A DNA stretch of 64,000 bases from Eubacteriales bacterium. Lineage in GTDB: Bacteria; Bacillota; Clostridia; Oscillospirales; CAG-272. This document shows, piece after piece, positions 9,126 through 18,296 of this stretch (the stretch's first letter is position 1; each line of letters starts with the position of its first letter). The translations under genes and the position numbers were made by a program. The notes below the pieces were generated by a model, which was given only the letters and a program-made list of their open reading frames with translations, was not told the origin of the DNA and ran no database searches. The DNA is taken from NCBI GenBank assembly GCA_045654585.1, contig JAZONS010000005.1, positions 42,399-106,398 on the forward strand, in the 5' to 3' direction.

Positions 9126-9860
9126 TTATTTATTTCTGTAAATCTCGCAGATCTCGGTCACGATCTTCTTTGCGATCTCGATTTCATCTTCGGGAACAGG
9201 TACGTCAAAGTCGGAGAAATCGTTATCAAGAACATCCTTACCCGTGAGCATTTTGAACCATGTAAGACCTGCCGCGTAGCGACCTATACCGAGGCTGAGG
9301 TGGAAGGTGTCGCGGTGAACCTTTATACCCTCTGCGATGAGTCCTGCGAGTACTTCGCCCGAGGGGATTATAAGCTCTATATCCGAATCTTTTGCCGCGC
9401 GTTCGTATGAGGCTCTTATATCCGAGAGCATCGCGCCAAAGCTTTCGTATTTCATCTCCTCGGTAAGGCGGTACGAGCCGTCCTCGTAGCCCCACGTTTC
9501 GTGAATAAGGAGCTTTGCTTTAGGCGCAAGCTTTCGTATATACGTAACGAGATCTTCAAGATATGGCTGATACGTGTCGTATTTTGGTGACTTATTGCTT
9601 ACCTGCTGAAGCGTGATATAATCCCAATCGCGTGAGAGAAGCGCTTCCTTCATTGACGTCTGGAAGCCCGTGCTTATTCCGTTCATCTCGAGCGTATAAG
9701 CCTTCTCCTCGCTCAGCATGTTTCTGTGATGCCTCGAAAGCGGGCATCCGCCGATAAAAAGATTGAAGGTGTGGAGCGTAACTTTCGCAGCTCTCGCTAT
9801 ACCGTAAAGATAGCGCTGAGCATCCTGCGAAAAGCTGTTACCGATAGATAAAACGTTCAT
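9126..9860 (-). CDS. SGNH-like hydrolase, DUF4886-type
   Basis: ORF track, 244 aa. Starts MNVLSIGNSFSQDAQRYL (GNSF block). The family name is from memory. Confidence 0.5.
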   Translation of the reverse strand: MNVLSIGNSFSQDAQRYLYGIARAAKVTLHTFNLFIGGCPLSRHHRNMLSEEKAYTLEMNGISTGFQTSMKEALLSRDWDYITLQQVSNKSPKYDTYQPYLEDLVTYIRKLAPKAKLLIHETWGYEDGSYRLTEEMKYESFGAMLSDIRASYERAAKDSDIELIIPSGEVLAGLIAEGIKVHRDTFHLSLGIGRYAAGLTWFKMLTGKDVLDNDFSDFDVPVPEDEIEIAKKIVTEICEIYRNK

Positions 9861-9875
9861 TTCAGTACCTCTTAT

Positions 9876-10661
9876 TTATAGCTTGTGGAATATTGGTTGT
9901 CTCTTTTCAAACGTGCAGACGTACCCGAATGTATCTTTGAGAATTTCTAGCATCTCGGGGATGTACTGTCCTACCCGTGCTAAGTTGTGCGCATCAGAGC
10001 CAACCGTAACGATTTCTCCGCCAAGCTCGCGGAAGCGACGCAGGAATTCTACGTCGGGAAGCGGAGCTCCAACCCTGTCAATACCGCTCGTGTTTATCTC
10101 CATGCCGCGTCCTCTCACCGCGAGCTCACGCATGATTTCATCGCATATATCACGGTAATCTTTGTAAAAGAGTGGGGAACGTGTGGGATTGTGCGCGGAT
10201 TTGCATACGTAATTTAAGTGACCGAGAACGTCGAACTCGTTATGAGCTTTGACGCACTCGAGAGTGCGCTCAAGATATTTGATAAAAGCTTCCTCTTGCG
10301 TTTTACCTACCCAATATTCCTTGACGTACGGATCGAGACCTTCAACGAAGTGAATTGAACCGATTATAAAATCGAAGTTATATTCCGCGTTGAGTGCGTG
10401 AAGCTCGGGGGCGTTCCAGGTGGTAAGACTAAACTCAACTCCACGTTTAATCGCGATATCCTTTAAGCAAAGACTACCGTAAGCTTTATCGTATACCTCT
10501 TTTGTAAAAAGTCTGTGCAGGCCGTCACGCTCTGAATTGTAATCGTAATGATCTGTGAAGCAGATTTCTTTAAGACCCGCTTCTTTTGCCGCATTTACAA
10601 TGTCTATTGCTTTCTCGTTCGAATCGAATGAAACGTTACTATGTATATGATAATCAAACAT
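9876..10661 (-). CDS. PHP-domain phosphatase (HisJ/histidinol-phosphatase family)
   Basis: ORF track 9876..10673, where the first codon is TTG. Start moved to MFDYHIHS (10661), with GGAG 7 nt upstream. PHP His motifs are present. Confidence 0.75.
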   Translation of the reverse strand: MFDYHIHSNVSFDSNEKAIDIVNAAKEAGLKEICFTDHYDYNSERDGLHRLFTKEVYDKAYGSLCLKDIAIKRGVEFSLTTWNAPELHALNAEYNFDFIIGSIHFVEGLDPYVKEYWVGKTQEEAFIKYLERTLECVKAHNEFDVLGHLNYVCKSAHNPTRSPLFYKDYRDICDEIMRELAVRGRGMEINTSGIDRVGAPLPDVEFLRRFRELGGEIVTVGSDAHNLARVGQYIPEMLEILKDTFGYVCTFEKRQPIFHKL

Positions 10662-10701
10662 TTTTAACTCCAATTTGTCAATAAATATTTACAAAACAAT
10701 G

Positions 10702-11496
10702 TTAATATTCTTCTGTCATTCCGTCGTACGCAAGTTTTATTGATATACCGTATCTCTTGGCATATCCTGCTGTGAGTTCTTCGGCGGCGGCTCTGTTTCC
10801 GAGTATCTCTCTGCCGTGGTGATTAAATCTGAGAGCCTTGACGTTATGGCTTACGGCGTACTCGCAAACGTCGGATACCTTATGGTGTCCCGTTTCCATA
10901 ACCAAAAGATCTACTCCGTCTGTAATAAGATAGTCTAGCTCGCTTGGTGATTTAACGTCGCCCGAAAGGAGTATTCTTTTGCCCTCCGCTTCAACAAGGT
11001 AGGAGAAGGCGTGGAAAATTCCGTCAGCTCCGTCACCTTTGATGTGGTGGTTGCTTTTCGCGCTGACGCGTATTTTACCGTCATCAAATAGTACTCCGTC
11101 GGAAACGCCGTGCTCGTTTATCGCGAATTTGAAATTTTCCATTCCGACTCTTCCGCTGAGAGCCACAGTCTTTATAGCCTCGAAAGTTTTGTGATCGGGG
11201 AAGAACACTTCGAGCGTATTGTCGTTCGGGAGCGACTTTTTATGCATTCTTATCATTTTCTCAAAAACGTAGATAAGATTTGCCAAACCGCCGATATGGT
11301 CGATATGAGGGTGGGTGACGAATATCGCTTCGGTTTTCATTACGTCGATACCCGATGTGAATGCGGTATATACACAGCATTCTCCCGCATCAAACCAGTA
11401 AAGCGAGCCGCCGATATCAAGCAGCGTTGACGTGTGATGCATATCTTTCATAGGCTCTGTACCCGAGCAGGTGCCGAGAAAATGTATCCTCATCAT
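10702..11496 (-). CDS. MBL-fold metallo-hydrolase
   Basis: ORF track, 264 aa. HPHIDHIGG (HxHxDH) motif. Confidence 0.75.
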   Translation of the reverse strand: MMRIHFLGTCSGTEPMKDMHHTSTLLDIGGSLYWFDAGECCVYTAFTSGIDVMKTEAIFVTHPHIDHIGGLANLIYVFEKMIRMHKKSLPNDNTLEVFFPDHKTFEAIKTVALSGRVGMENFKFAINEHGVSDGVLFDDGKIRVSAKSNHHIKGDGADGIFHAFSYLVEAEGKRILLSGDVKSPSELDYLITDGVDLLVMETGHHKVSDVCEYAVSHNVKALRFNHHGREILGNRAAAEELTAGYAKRYGISIKLAYDGMTEEY

Positions 11497-11589
11497 TTTA
11501 TACCTTTCTGAATTAAGTAATTAAATACCGTTACAGCTCATTATACCACATATTGACGTGTATTTCAACTTTATTCACAAAAAAATTAA

Positions 11590-11618
11590 TTGACATTTGT
11601 TTTCCCATATGCTATATT
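11590..11618 (+). promoter_or_regulatory. Sigma-A-type promoter
   Basis: TTGACA (11590-11595), 17-nt spacer, TATATT (11613-11618). It is followed at the predicted +1 by the 20-bp perfect palindrome GGAAGATATTAATATCTTCC (11627-11646). Confidence 0.45.
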
Positions 11619-11929
11619 TAAAGTGAGGAAGATATTAATATCTTCCGCGAAAAGAGCGTCAGTTTTTGTATTGCTTTTATTCGTGCTTCTGTTTTCGCTC
11701 CTTCAGCTTTCGTACTGCTATACTATTACAAAGCGGAAAGACGAAGGGGGCGCTTATGAATTTCATATTGCAATAGAATTGACGGAAAAAGATATTCCCT
11801 TGAATATAGAAGCGAAGAAAAATTCCTACGGGTTGGAAAAGAATTCTACCGTAACATAATGTTTGAATGTAAAAAGCAAGAGAGAGGCGGATATTCCGCC
11901 TCTCTGAATTGAAAGAAAAGGAAAGAGAA

Positions 11930-12166
11930 ATGGAAGAAAACGTAAAAGTTCCGATCGAATCGGCGGTATCAGACTTTTTATCTGTAGCCCGTCTTGCCGA
12001 TGAGAATGGGGAAGTGTATATCGTTGCCGACGGAAAGACAAAATATAAGCTTGTGAACCTCGAGCGCGACGGTGTTATCGAGCTTACCCACGAGGAGAGA
12101 GTAGATATCATCGCAAAGCGCGTACTCAAAAAATATGAGGGCGCATTCCGGGAGCTTGCAAAATGA
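11930..12166 (+). CDS. Putative antitoxin of the Doc module (Phd-like by position)
   Basis: ORF track 11909..12166. Start moved to MEENVKV (11930; AAGGAAAGAG upstream). Stop overlaps the doc ATG (ATGA). Small acidic protein. Confidence 0.55.
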   Translation: MEENVKVPIESAVSDFLSVARLADENGEVYIVADGKTKYKLVNLERDGVIELTHEERVDIIAKRVLKKYEGAFRELAK

Positions 12167-12546
12167 TAAGAATAGGTATAGAGCAGGCTATATTGCTTCA
12201 CGAGGTTATGGCGGAAAGGACGGGGGGAGATCCCGGCATCAGAGATATCGCTCTTCTTGATAGCGCATTATCATCCGCATACCAGACCTTCGGCGGCGAG
12301 GAGCTTTATCCTACCCTTGAAGAAAAAGCGGCTCGCCTTGGTTTTTCGCTTATATCAAATCACCCATTTGTTGACGGTAACAAGAGAATAGGTATGTATG
12401 TTATGCTTGTATTTCTTGAGGTCAACGGAGTAAAAATGAATCCAAGTGAGGCTGAGGTCATACGTGCGGGGCTTTCGGTAGCTGCGTCTAAAATGACCTT
12501 TGACGAGCTTCTTTTATGGATAAACGAAAACAGAATAGATGATTAA
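12163..12546 (+). CDS. doc: Doc (death-on-curing) Fic-fold toxin
   Basis: ORF track, 127 aa. Fic/Doc motif HPFVDGNKRIG. Confidence 0.85.
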   Translation: MIRIGIEQAILLHEVMAERTGGDPGIRDIALLDSALSSAYQTFGGEELYPTLEEKAARLGFSLISNHPFVDGNKRIGMYVMLVFLEVNGVKMNPSEAEVIRAGLSVAASKMTFDELLLWINENRIDD

Positions 12547-12752
12547 AAACTCACACGGATAGCGGTATTTGTTCAAAATCAGGGTTGCATACCGCAAAGA
12601 ACGATATTTATTTTGCCGATGCTTGCATTTTTGCGGTATCGGCTTTTTTTATGAGAATATCCGCGGTGCGCATCGGCGGAAGGGGCGATAGTACCTCAAA
12701 TTTCACTCGAATTTTACTAAATTTTAATTGTGAATATTTTCCTCTTTTGGTA

Positions 12753-12781
12753 TTGACAATCAGAATATTAGATGTTATAAT
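12753..12781 (+). promoter_or_regulatory. Sigma-A-type promoter of the surface-protein gene
   Basis: TTGACA (12753-12758), 17-nt spacer, TATAAT (12776-12781). Confidence 0.5.
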
Positions 12782-12840
12782 TATAATTATTAAACAGTGT
12801 ATTATTTTTATTACGCGTGTGTTTTATTTGGGAGGTATAT

Positions 12841-15800
12841 ATGAGCAGGATAATAAGTAGGGTTATTGCCCTGATTGCGGTTGTCGCAGCTTTGGTCGGC
12901 GGTATTTATTACGCGCTGGTTACAACGGTTGCTGACATCAGAATCGAAGGTGCCGATGAATGCGCCATCGATAAATTTTCTCTCGATGACTATAGTCTTG
13001 TGGTCACGAGCAAGGCGGGAACGGAGAAATCCTATCCGCTTGCAACTCTTGAGGAGGAGCTTGAGGGCGCTAAGGTAACTATGCCCGATGAACTTTCTCT
13101 TGAAGAGGATGAGGAAGAGAAGACCTTTAAGATCATAGTTGAATACGAGGGTATAACGCATAGATTCCCTCTTACTCTTACGAGAGGTACGTTTGATGAC
13201 GTCGGTATCGTCTTTAACGGCGAGACCGTTGCCAACGGTGCTGTTGTAAACGCTACGTACAGCGGTAAGGGATACGGCGTTGGTTTTGCCGATCTTCCCG
13301 AAGGAACCGTTGTTAATGCTTATAGGGTATTAACCGATGCGGAAGGTAACGTTACCACCGAGCTTATTGAGGATTATGAAAACGCTTTCGTTGATGCGGG
13401 CGTTTATCAGATCATGCTTAACTTTGAGCGTGACTCCTTCGTGGATGCCACCAAGACTCTTACCATTAAAATTGATAAGAAGACGATCAAGCCGAAGCTT
13501 AAAGAAAACGTCTTTGAGTTTAACGGTAACCCTGCGGAGATCAGAGAAAACTTCGTATTTATGGACGGCAGCAAGCAGTTTGACTACGATCCCGCAAACT
13601 ATAATTTCAATCTTTACAGAGTCGAAGATGACGGCAGCGAAACTCTTGTTGATGCCGCTATTGAAATAGGAAACTATAAACTCTACGTATCCGATAAGGG
13701 CAAAACGAACTACACCTTTGCCGCATACGAGATGTCGATAAACATCTTCAAGGAATATCGCGTAACCTTCCGTCAGAAGGGTGTTGAGGACGTTGTAGTT
13801 ACCGTAAAGCACGGTGATACAGTAGAGGCTCCCAATCCTCAGACCATCAAGGGCTATAAGTTCAACGGTTGGAATTGGGGCGATAAGAAGGCTTCCGACC
13901 CCGTAACCTGCGACTTTATAGTTGAAGCAAACGTAGAGGTTATAAGCTATACTATCACGTTCGTTATAACCGACGCTGAAAAATACATAAATACCACCGC
14001 ATGGGCAGACGTTGTAAAGCCTGAGACTTATACTGTTGAGAACGCGAGTGAAATAACCCTTCCCGTACCTCCCATGAACGATCCCGAGGGTGAGATTTCT
14101 TACTACTTCGACGGTTGGTACCTTAACGGTAAGGCTGTAACCGTTATTCCCGAGGGCTCTGCCGCAAATATCACTCTTACTGCTAAAGCATACGAGATCT
14201 ATACCTACAAGTACACGGTAGACGGCGTAGAAAAGACAGTTTCGGGCCGTCAGCCTACAATATATAACCTCGAGCATGAGGACAAGACTAAGTCCGGCTA
14301 TAAGTTCATCGGCTGGACTGTTAAGAATGCTGCGGGAGAGGTGAAGTCCGAAAAGGCTCAGTTCCCCTACAACGTAACCGAGGAAGGTCTTCAGTTTGTA
14401 TCAAACTACGAGCTTATCGACTATAAGATCTACTTCCGCGGAAACAAGCAGACTTATATGCCTACTCATCCTACCGTAAACGTTCCTACTGTTACCTATA
14501 CGGTTAAGGATACGATAGATCTTGCGGAATACGTAGCAACCTACGCTCACTGCGACTTTGAGGGCTGGTATTTCGAGAACGGCACCGAAGCCGTAACCTC
14601 TATCACCGAGGGCTCTACCGGTGATATCCACCTTTACGCTCATTGGACGGCTCACGACGTTAAACTCGTTTATTCGAGCGAGGGCGAGGGCGTTGAAGGC
14701 TTGCCTGCCGAAAGCGTGATCAAGTATTACAGCACGATAGATCTTTCCAAGATACCCACCCGTTACGGATACGATTTCCTCGGTTGGTCGCTTTCCTCCG
14801 CTGAGGGCTCGGCAGTAATCGACGATAACTCTATCAAGGCTACGGAAGGTGTCGTAGTTACCGACGGTGAAGGCAACAATACCGCTACTATCTACGCTGT
14901 TTGGAGCGAGCAGGAATTCGAGTATCACTATTCGGACAGACAGGACGGATTCACAAAGATTCATGCAGATGAGGTTAAGATCGGTACTGTAATTACCGTT
15001 GTAGATTTCGGTGATCTTGGATTTACCGTAAAATATACCGACCCCGAGACCGGTAAGGTTGAGTACCTTGGTCACGAGGGCAAATTCTTCCTCGGCTGGA
15101 AGAACATTAAGGACACAGACGGTAAGGTATATCTTCCCGGAGATACGTTCACGATAGAAAGTGAAGCGGTATTCGTTCCTGTTTGGGAATACAGAATTTA
15201 TAACATCACGTTCAATGCTAACACCACCGATCCTACACTTGCAGGAAGCCTTCCCGTATGGCCGGAGGGCGTTGAGACCCGCTTTGAGTCAAAGCTTCCT
15301 ATCCCCGCATCTACCCTTACGCGCGAGCACTACGAGATCGTTGGTTGGTCCACGTCTCCCAATCCTCAGGCCGGCGACGCAATATATCCCGAGAATCCCA
15401 CGAGTGATAGATATTACTACACTGTTCCTAATAAGGATATAACTCTCTACGCCGTATGGGAGGTCAAGGAATATACCGTTACCTTCAATTATAATAATCT
15501 CGCGGGCACGACTTTAACCCTTGATTTTGATTATAATACTACGATAACGATTTCCGACGTTCTTTCTGCGCCTAAGAAAACGGGATATACTCTTGACGGT
15601 TGGTTTGAGGTTGGCGGAAGCGAGTCTTATACCGATTACACCGTAGAAGGCGACGTAACCCTTGAGTGCAGATGGACTCCTATAGTAAACAAGCTTGTTT
15701 ATAAGACGGGCTACGGCGAGAATATTGAGATAACATTTGGTGACCACGCATCCGATAGTGTGATAACGATTCCCGAGTGTACTCATAAGAGATCGTTCTA

Positions 15801-16605
15801 CCTGTTCAAAGGCTGGAAGGATACGGTTACCGGGGAAGATAAACAGCCAGGCGATGAGTACAAGATGCCTGCTATGAATGCGGGAAGCGAGAGAGTTCTT
15901 GAAGCTCAGTGGGAGCTTATTACCTATACCATCGAGTTTGATATCCCCGGCTTCACCGATCCTAAGACTCACACGTTCAACTATGAGATGTTCGTTGAGA
16001 ACAAGGTAACAGGTAAGCTCGAGTATCCTCTTACCTATGCAATGATGGGACTTACGGGTGATGACTCCGCGTATATCTTCCGCGGTTGGTATAATAACGG
16101 AGAAGAGATAACCTCTGTTACGGAAGAAGCGCTTTCCGAGCTTTATAATGCTAATCCTAACGCTACCGCAGAGAATACGATCTACTACGTAGACGTTGAT
16201 GTTGAGCGCGTCACAGGATATAGCTTTGAGAGCGTTGTCGGCGGTTATTCGATCATAGGATACAATGGTGCTAACGACGTTAAGCTTCCTACTCATTATA
16301 ACGGACTTTCCGTTGTTGAGATCGGTACGTTTGTATTCAACGATACGATCACCTCTGTAACCTTCGCAGAGAAGAATAATATTACTGCTATCGGCATTCT
16401 TGCATTCTTCAATTGTGAAAAACTCACTCAGATTATAATTCCCGAAGAGGTTGTATCGATTGGAAAATCTGCATTCCAGGGCTGCGCGCTTACACTTAAG
16501 ATCTATGTTGAGGCAACTGAGAAGCCTGTAGGATTTGTAAATAGCTGGAATGCTACCGGTGATGCGACAAAGCCTAATTACGACGTTATTTACGGCGTAG
16601 AATAA
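12841..16605 (+). CDS. Membrane-anchored cell-surface protein: ~10 Listeria-Bacteroides (Flg_new/InlB-B-type) repeats + C-terminal BspA-type LRR
   Basis: ORF track 12817..16605. Start moved to MSRIISRV (12841, GGGAGG upstream). N-terminal TM anchor. Recurring GY.F.GW....G...Y.A.W repeat blocks. C-terminal VVEIGTFVFND..ITAIGILAFFNCEKL..VVSIGKSAFQGC. Confidence 0.8.
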   Translation: MSRIISRVIALIAVVAALVGGIYYALVTTVADIRIEGADECAIDKFSLDDYSLVVTSKAGTEKSYPLATLEEELEGAKVTMPDELSLEEDEEEKTFKIIVEYEGITHRFPLTLTRGTFDDVGIVFNGETVANGAVVNATYSGKGYGVGFADLPEGTVVNAYRVLTDAEGNVTTELIEDYENAFVDAGVYQIMLNFERDSFVDATKTLTIKIDKKTIKPKLKENVFEFNGNPAEIRENFVFMDGSKQFDYDPANYNFNLYRVEDDGSETLVDAAIEIGNYKLYVSDKGKTNYTFAAYEMSINIFKEYRVTFRQKGVEDVVVTVKHGDTVEAPNPQTIKGYKFNGWNWGDKKASDPVTCDFIVEANVEVISYTITFVITDAEKYINTTAWADVVKPETYTVENASEITLPVPPMNDPEGEISYYFDGWYLNGKAVTVIPEGSAANITLTAKAYEIYTYKYTVDGVEKTVSGRQPTIYNLEHEDKTKSGYKFIGWTVKNAAGEVKSEKAQFPYNVTEEGLQFVSNYELIDYKIYFRGNKQTYMPTHPTVNVPTVTYTVKDTIDLAEYVATYAHCDFEGWYFENGTEAVTSITEGSTGDIHLYAHWTAHDVKLVYSSEGEGVEGLPAESVIKYYSTIDLSKIPTRYGYDFLGWSLSSAEGSAVIDDNSIKATEGVVVTDGEGNNTATIYAVWSEQEFEYHYSDRQDGFTKIHADEVKIGTVITVVDFGDLGFTVKYTDPETGKVEYLGHEGKFFLGWKNIKDTDGKVYLPGDTFTIESEAVFVPVWEYRIYNITFNANTTDPTLAGSLPVWPEGVETRFESKLPIPASTLTREHYEIVGWSTSPNPQAGDAIYPENPTSDRYYYTVPNKDITLYAVWEVKEYTVTFNYNNLAGTTLTLDFDYNTTITISDVLSAPKKTGYTLDGWFEVGGSESYTDYTVEGDVTLECRWTPIVNKLVYKTGYGENIEITFGDHASDSVITIPECTHKRSFYLFKGWKDTVTGEDKQPGDEYKMPAMNAGSERVLEAQWELITYTIEFDIPGFTDPKTHTFNYEMFVENKVTGKLEYPLTYAMMGLTGDDSAYIFRGWYNNGEEITSVTEEALSELYNANPNATAENTIYYVDVDVERVTGYSFESVVGGYSIIGYNGANDVKLPTHYNGLSVVEIGTFVFNDTITSVTFAEKNNITAIGILAFFNCEKLTQIIIPEEVVSIGKSAFQGCALTLKIYVEATEKPVGFVNSWNATGDATKPNYDVIYGVE

Positions 16606-16645
16606 AATTTCAATAGGTGCTGACTTCAGCGCCTTGCAAACAGAA

Positions 16646-16685
16646 GCAGAGGAGTGGGTAAAACCGCTCCTCTGTAAGTTTTTCA
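16646..16685 (+). terminator. Intrinsic terminator
   Basis: CAGAGGAG (16647-16654) pairs with CTCCTCTG (16667-16674), followed by TAAGTTTTTC. Confidence 0.55.
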
Positions 16686-16834
16686 TTTATAAGCCGTGCG
16701 ATGAAAAAACTATATGTCCTCAAGCATCCACCGCGGAGTTTATTATTGAACAAAGAACAAACAAATAATTTTAGTTAAAAATTTAGGGTAACTCGTTTTT
16801 CATTCGAGTTACCCCTTTTTACACTTGTTCATTT

Positions 16835-17434
16835 TTACGCGGATCGATCGTCGGGCTTGTCTTCTCTAATGCTTTCCTCTTGAAGCTGATTTACCTTTTT
16901 CTCTCTGTATCTGAAAAGCGCAATTAAGATGGAGATAATGGTAAATGTTTCCGCAACGATACCCGCGATAGAGCCGGTATGCACGTTATATACGAGCCAT
17001 AAGGGAGAAACGATAAGCGAGAGCTTGCGTAAAATTTCTTCCTTGTCCATAAACAGAGCAACGCTTGATGCAATGCTCGCGCCTATAGGCAAAAGAGCCC
17101 ACGCGCCTTCAAGGCCGACGGTGATAAAGCCCGATGCGGCAAAGCAAGAGATTATTGCTGCCAAGGTGTAATACGAGTCCGCCCATTTGCGCTTGCCTTT
17201 TTGCATGAGAACAAAACCTCTGGTGATGCAAAGCACGTTCTGTATAGTACCCGAGAAACCGCCGAGCAAAAGAAACTGTATAGACCAAAGAGTGCTTGCC
17301 GTCATCTGGAATCCGATTATAGCGGTGCGCTTCTTTCTTTGAAATGAGAGAATACCTATTGTCATCGCAAAAAATCCAATAGACTGAATAAGTATTTTTC
17401 CGGTGATGCTATTTAAAAATTCGGAGAAAGTCAT
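16835..17434 (-). CDS. YgjV-family inner-membrane protein
   Basis: ORF track, 199 aa, about 5 TM segments. The family call is from memory of the N-terminal GFFAM..GILSFQ pattern. Confidence 0.45.
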   Translation of the reverse strand: MTFSEFLNSITGKILIQSIGFFAMTIGILSFQRKKRTAIIGFQMTASTLWSIQFLLLGGFSGTIQNVLCITRGFVLMQKGKRKWADSYYTLAAIISCFAASGFITVGLEGAWALLPIGASIASSVALFMDKEEILRKLSLIVSPLWLVYNVHTGSIAGIVAETFTIISILIALFRYREKKVNQLQEESIREDKPDDRSA

Positions 17435-17791
17435 TTTCGCCTCCGTGAGAATAAAAAATCTTCATTATTATATTATTATAGGTATACGAAAACCGAGTAA
17501 AATGGATGAGTTTGAATAAGAGCAAAAGATTGACCCTTGCTTACCCGAAAGTTGCGGTACAAAAATAATTGTTTTTTGACTTATGTCATTTATTTATAAC
17601 ATATAAAAAAATTAATGTCAAGAGAATAATATAGAAAAAACAGACGCAGTTTTGTGTGATTTAACGAACGAGAAAAAACTCTGCCCCAAAATAACTTCGA
17701 GTAAAAAAAGTCAAGAGTAATCTTCAACAAAAATAAACTTTTTTTTAGTGCATTTTATGTTTTTTTCACAAAAATAAAAATGCGAAAAAAG

Positions 17792-17839
17792 CACAATATC
17801 TAGTACTTGGGTATTGACAAAATCACAAGATGTGGTATA
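17792..17839. promoter_or_regulatory. Two candidate NrdR boxes
   Basis: GCACAATATCTAGTAC (17792-17807, 12/16 to acaCwAtATaTwGtgt) and TCACAAGATGTGGTAT (17824-17839, 10/16). Centres are 32 bp apart. The second box sits between -35 and -10. Confidence 0.4.
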
Positions 17840-17842
17840 ATA
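17815..17842 (+). promoter_or_regulatory. nrdD promoter (extended -10)
   Basis: TTGACA (17815-17820), 16-nt spacer, TGgTATAAT (17834-17842). Confidence 0.6.
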
Positions 17843-18151
17843 TTAGCACAGAGATTTTTTGAGTAAAAAATCTCTACGAATTCACAAGGGAATTCGTCAA
17901 GAAATCGGAGATTTCTTGGTGCAACCTTGTTGTCCGGCGCAAAAATGCATGAAAATGCCCCTACGGGTCGCTTTCGCAATTTTGCTTGTCGAATAATATT
18001 ATCACAGAGATTTTTTGAGTAAAAAATCTCTACGAATTCACAAGGGAATTCGTCAAGAAATCGGAGATTTCTTGGTGCAACCTTGTTGTCCGGCGCAAAA
18101 TGGAGCGAAAATGCCCCACCGGGTCGCTTTCGCAATTTTGCTTGTCGAAAA
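17840..18151 (+). repeat. Tandem duplication of a 156-nt multi-hairpin module in the nrdD leader
   Basis: 17840-17995 versus 17996-18151 differ at 8 positions (17847; 17946-17951; 17963-17964). Each copy has three abutting perfect hairpins plus a longer helix. Confidence 0.9.
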
Positions 18152-18218
18152 GAGAAAACACTTATTTTCGACCGTATTTGTACGTATAGTACAACGATTA
18201 AATTGATAAATAGAGAAG

Positions 18219-18256
18219 CTTCTACCCCGATTTTTGGGGGTAGGAACTTTTTATTC
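18219..18256 (+). terminator. Leader terminator/attenuator 40 nt before the nrdD ATG
   Basis: CTACCCC (18222-18228) pairs with GGGGTAG (18237-18243), followed by GAACTTTTTATT. Confidence 0.6.
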
Positions 18257-18296
18257 ACGAAAAAATAGGATTTAAAAGAAAAGAAAGGAAAAAACT

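Noticed and set aside
11590-11859. 89-aa TTG-initiated ORF, and the 174-aa antisense ORF 11677..12201.
   Set aside because: The 'start codon' is the TTG of the -35 hexamer TTGACA. There is no RBS and the composition is low-complexity and hydrophobic. The antisense ORF crosses the doc operon.
17840-18151. Template/variable-repeat pair of a diversity-generating retroelement.
   Set aside because: The differences between the two copies are not adenine-specific. There is no reverse transcriptase or target gene nearby, and the repeats are non-coding.
17800-18258. 152-aa ORF (minus strand) covering the nrdD leader, with an internal 52-aa protein repeat.
   Set aside because: The protein repeat is simply the translation of the 156-nt DNA duplication. 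The ORF runs antisense through a promoter and a terminator and has no RBS.
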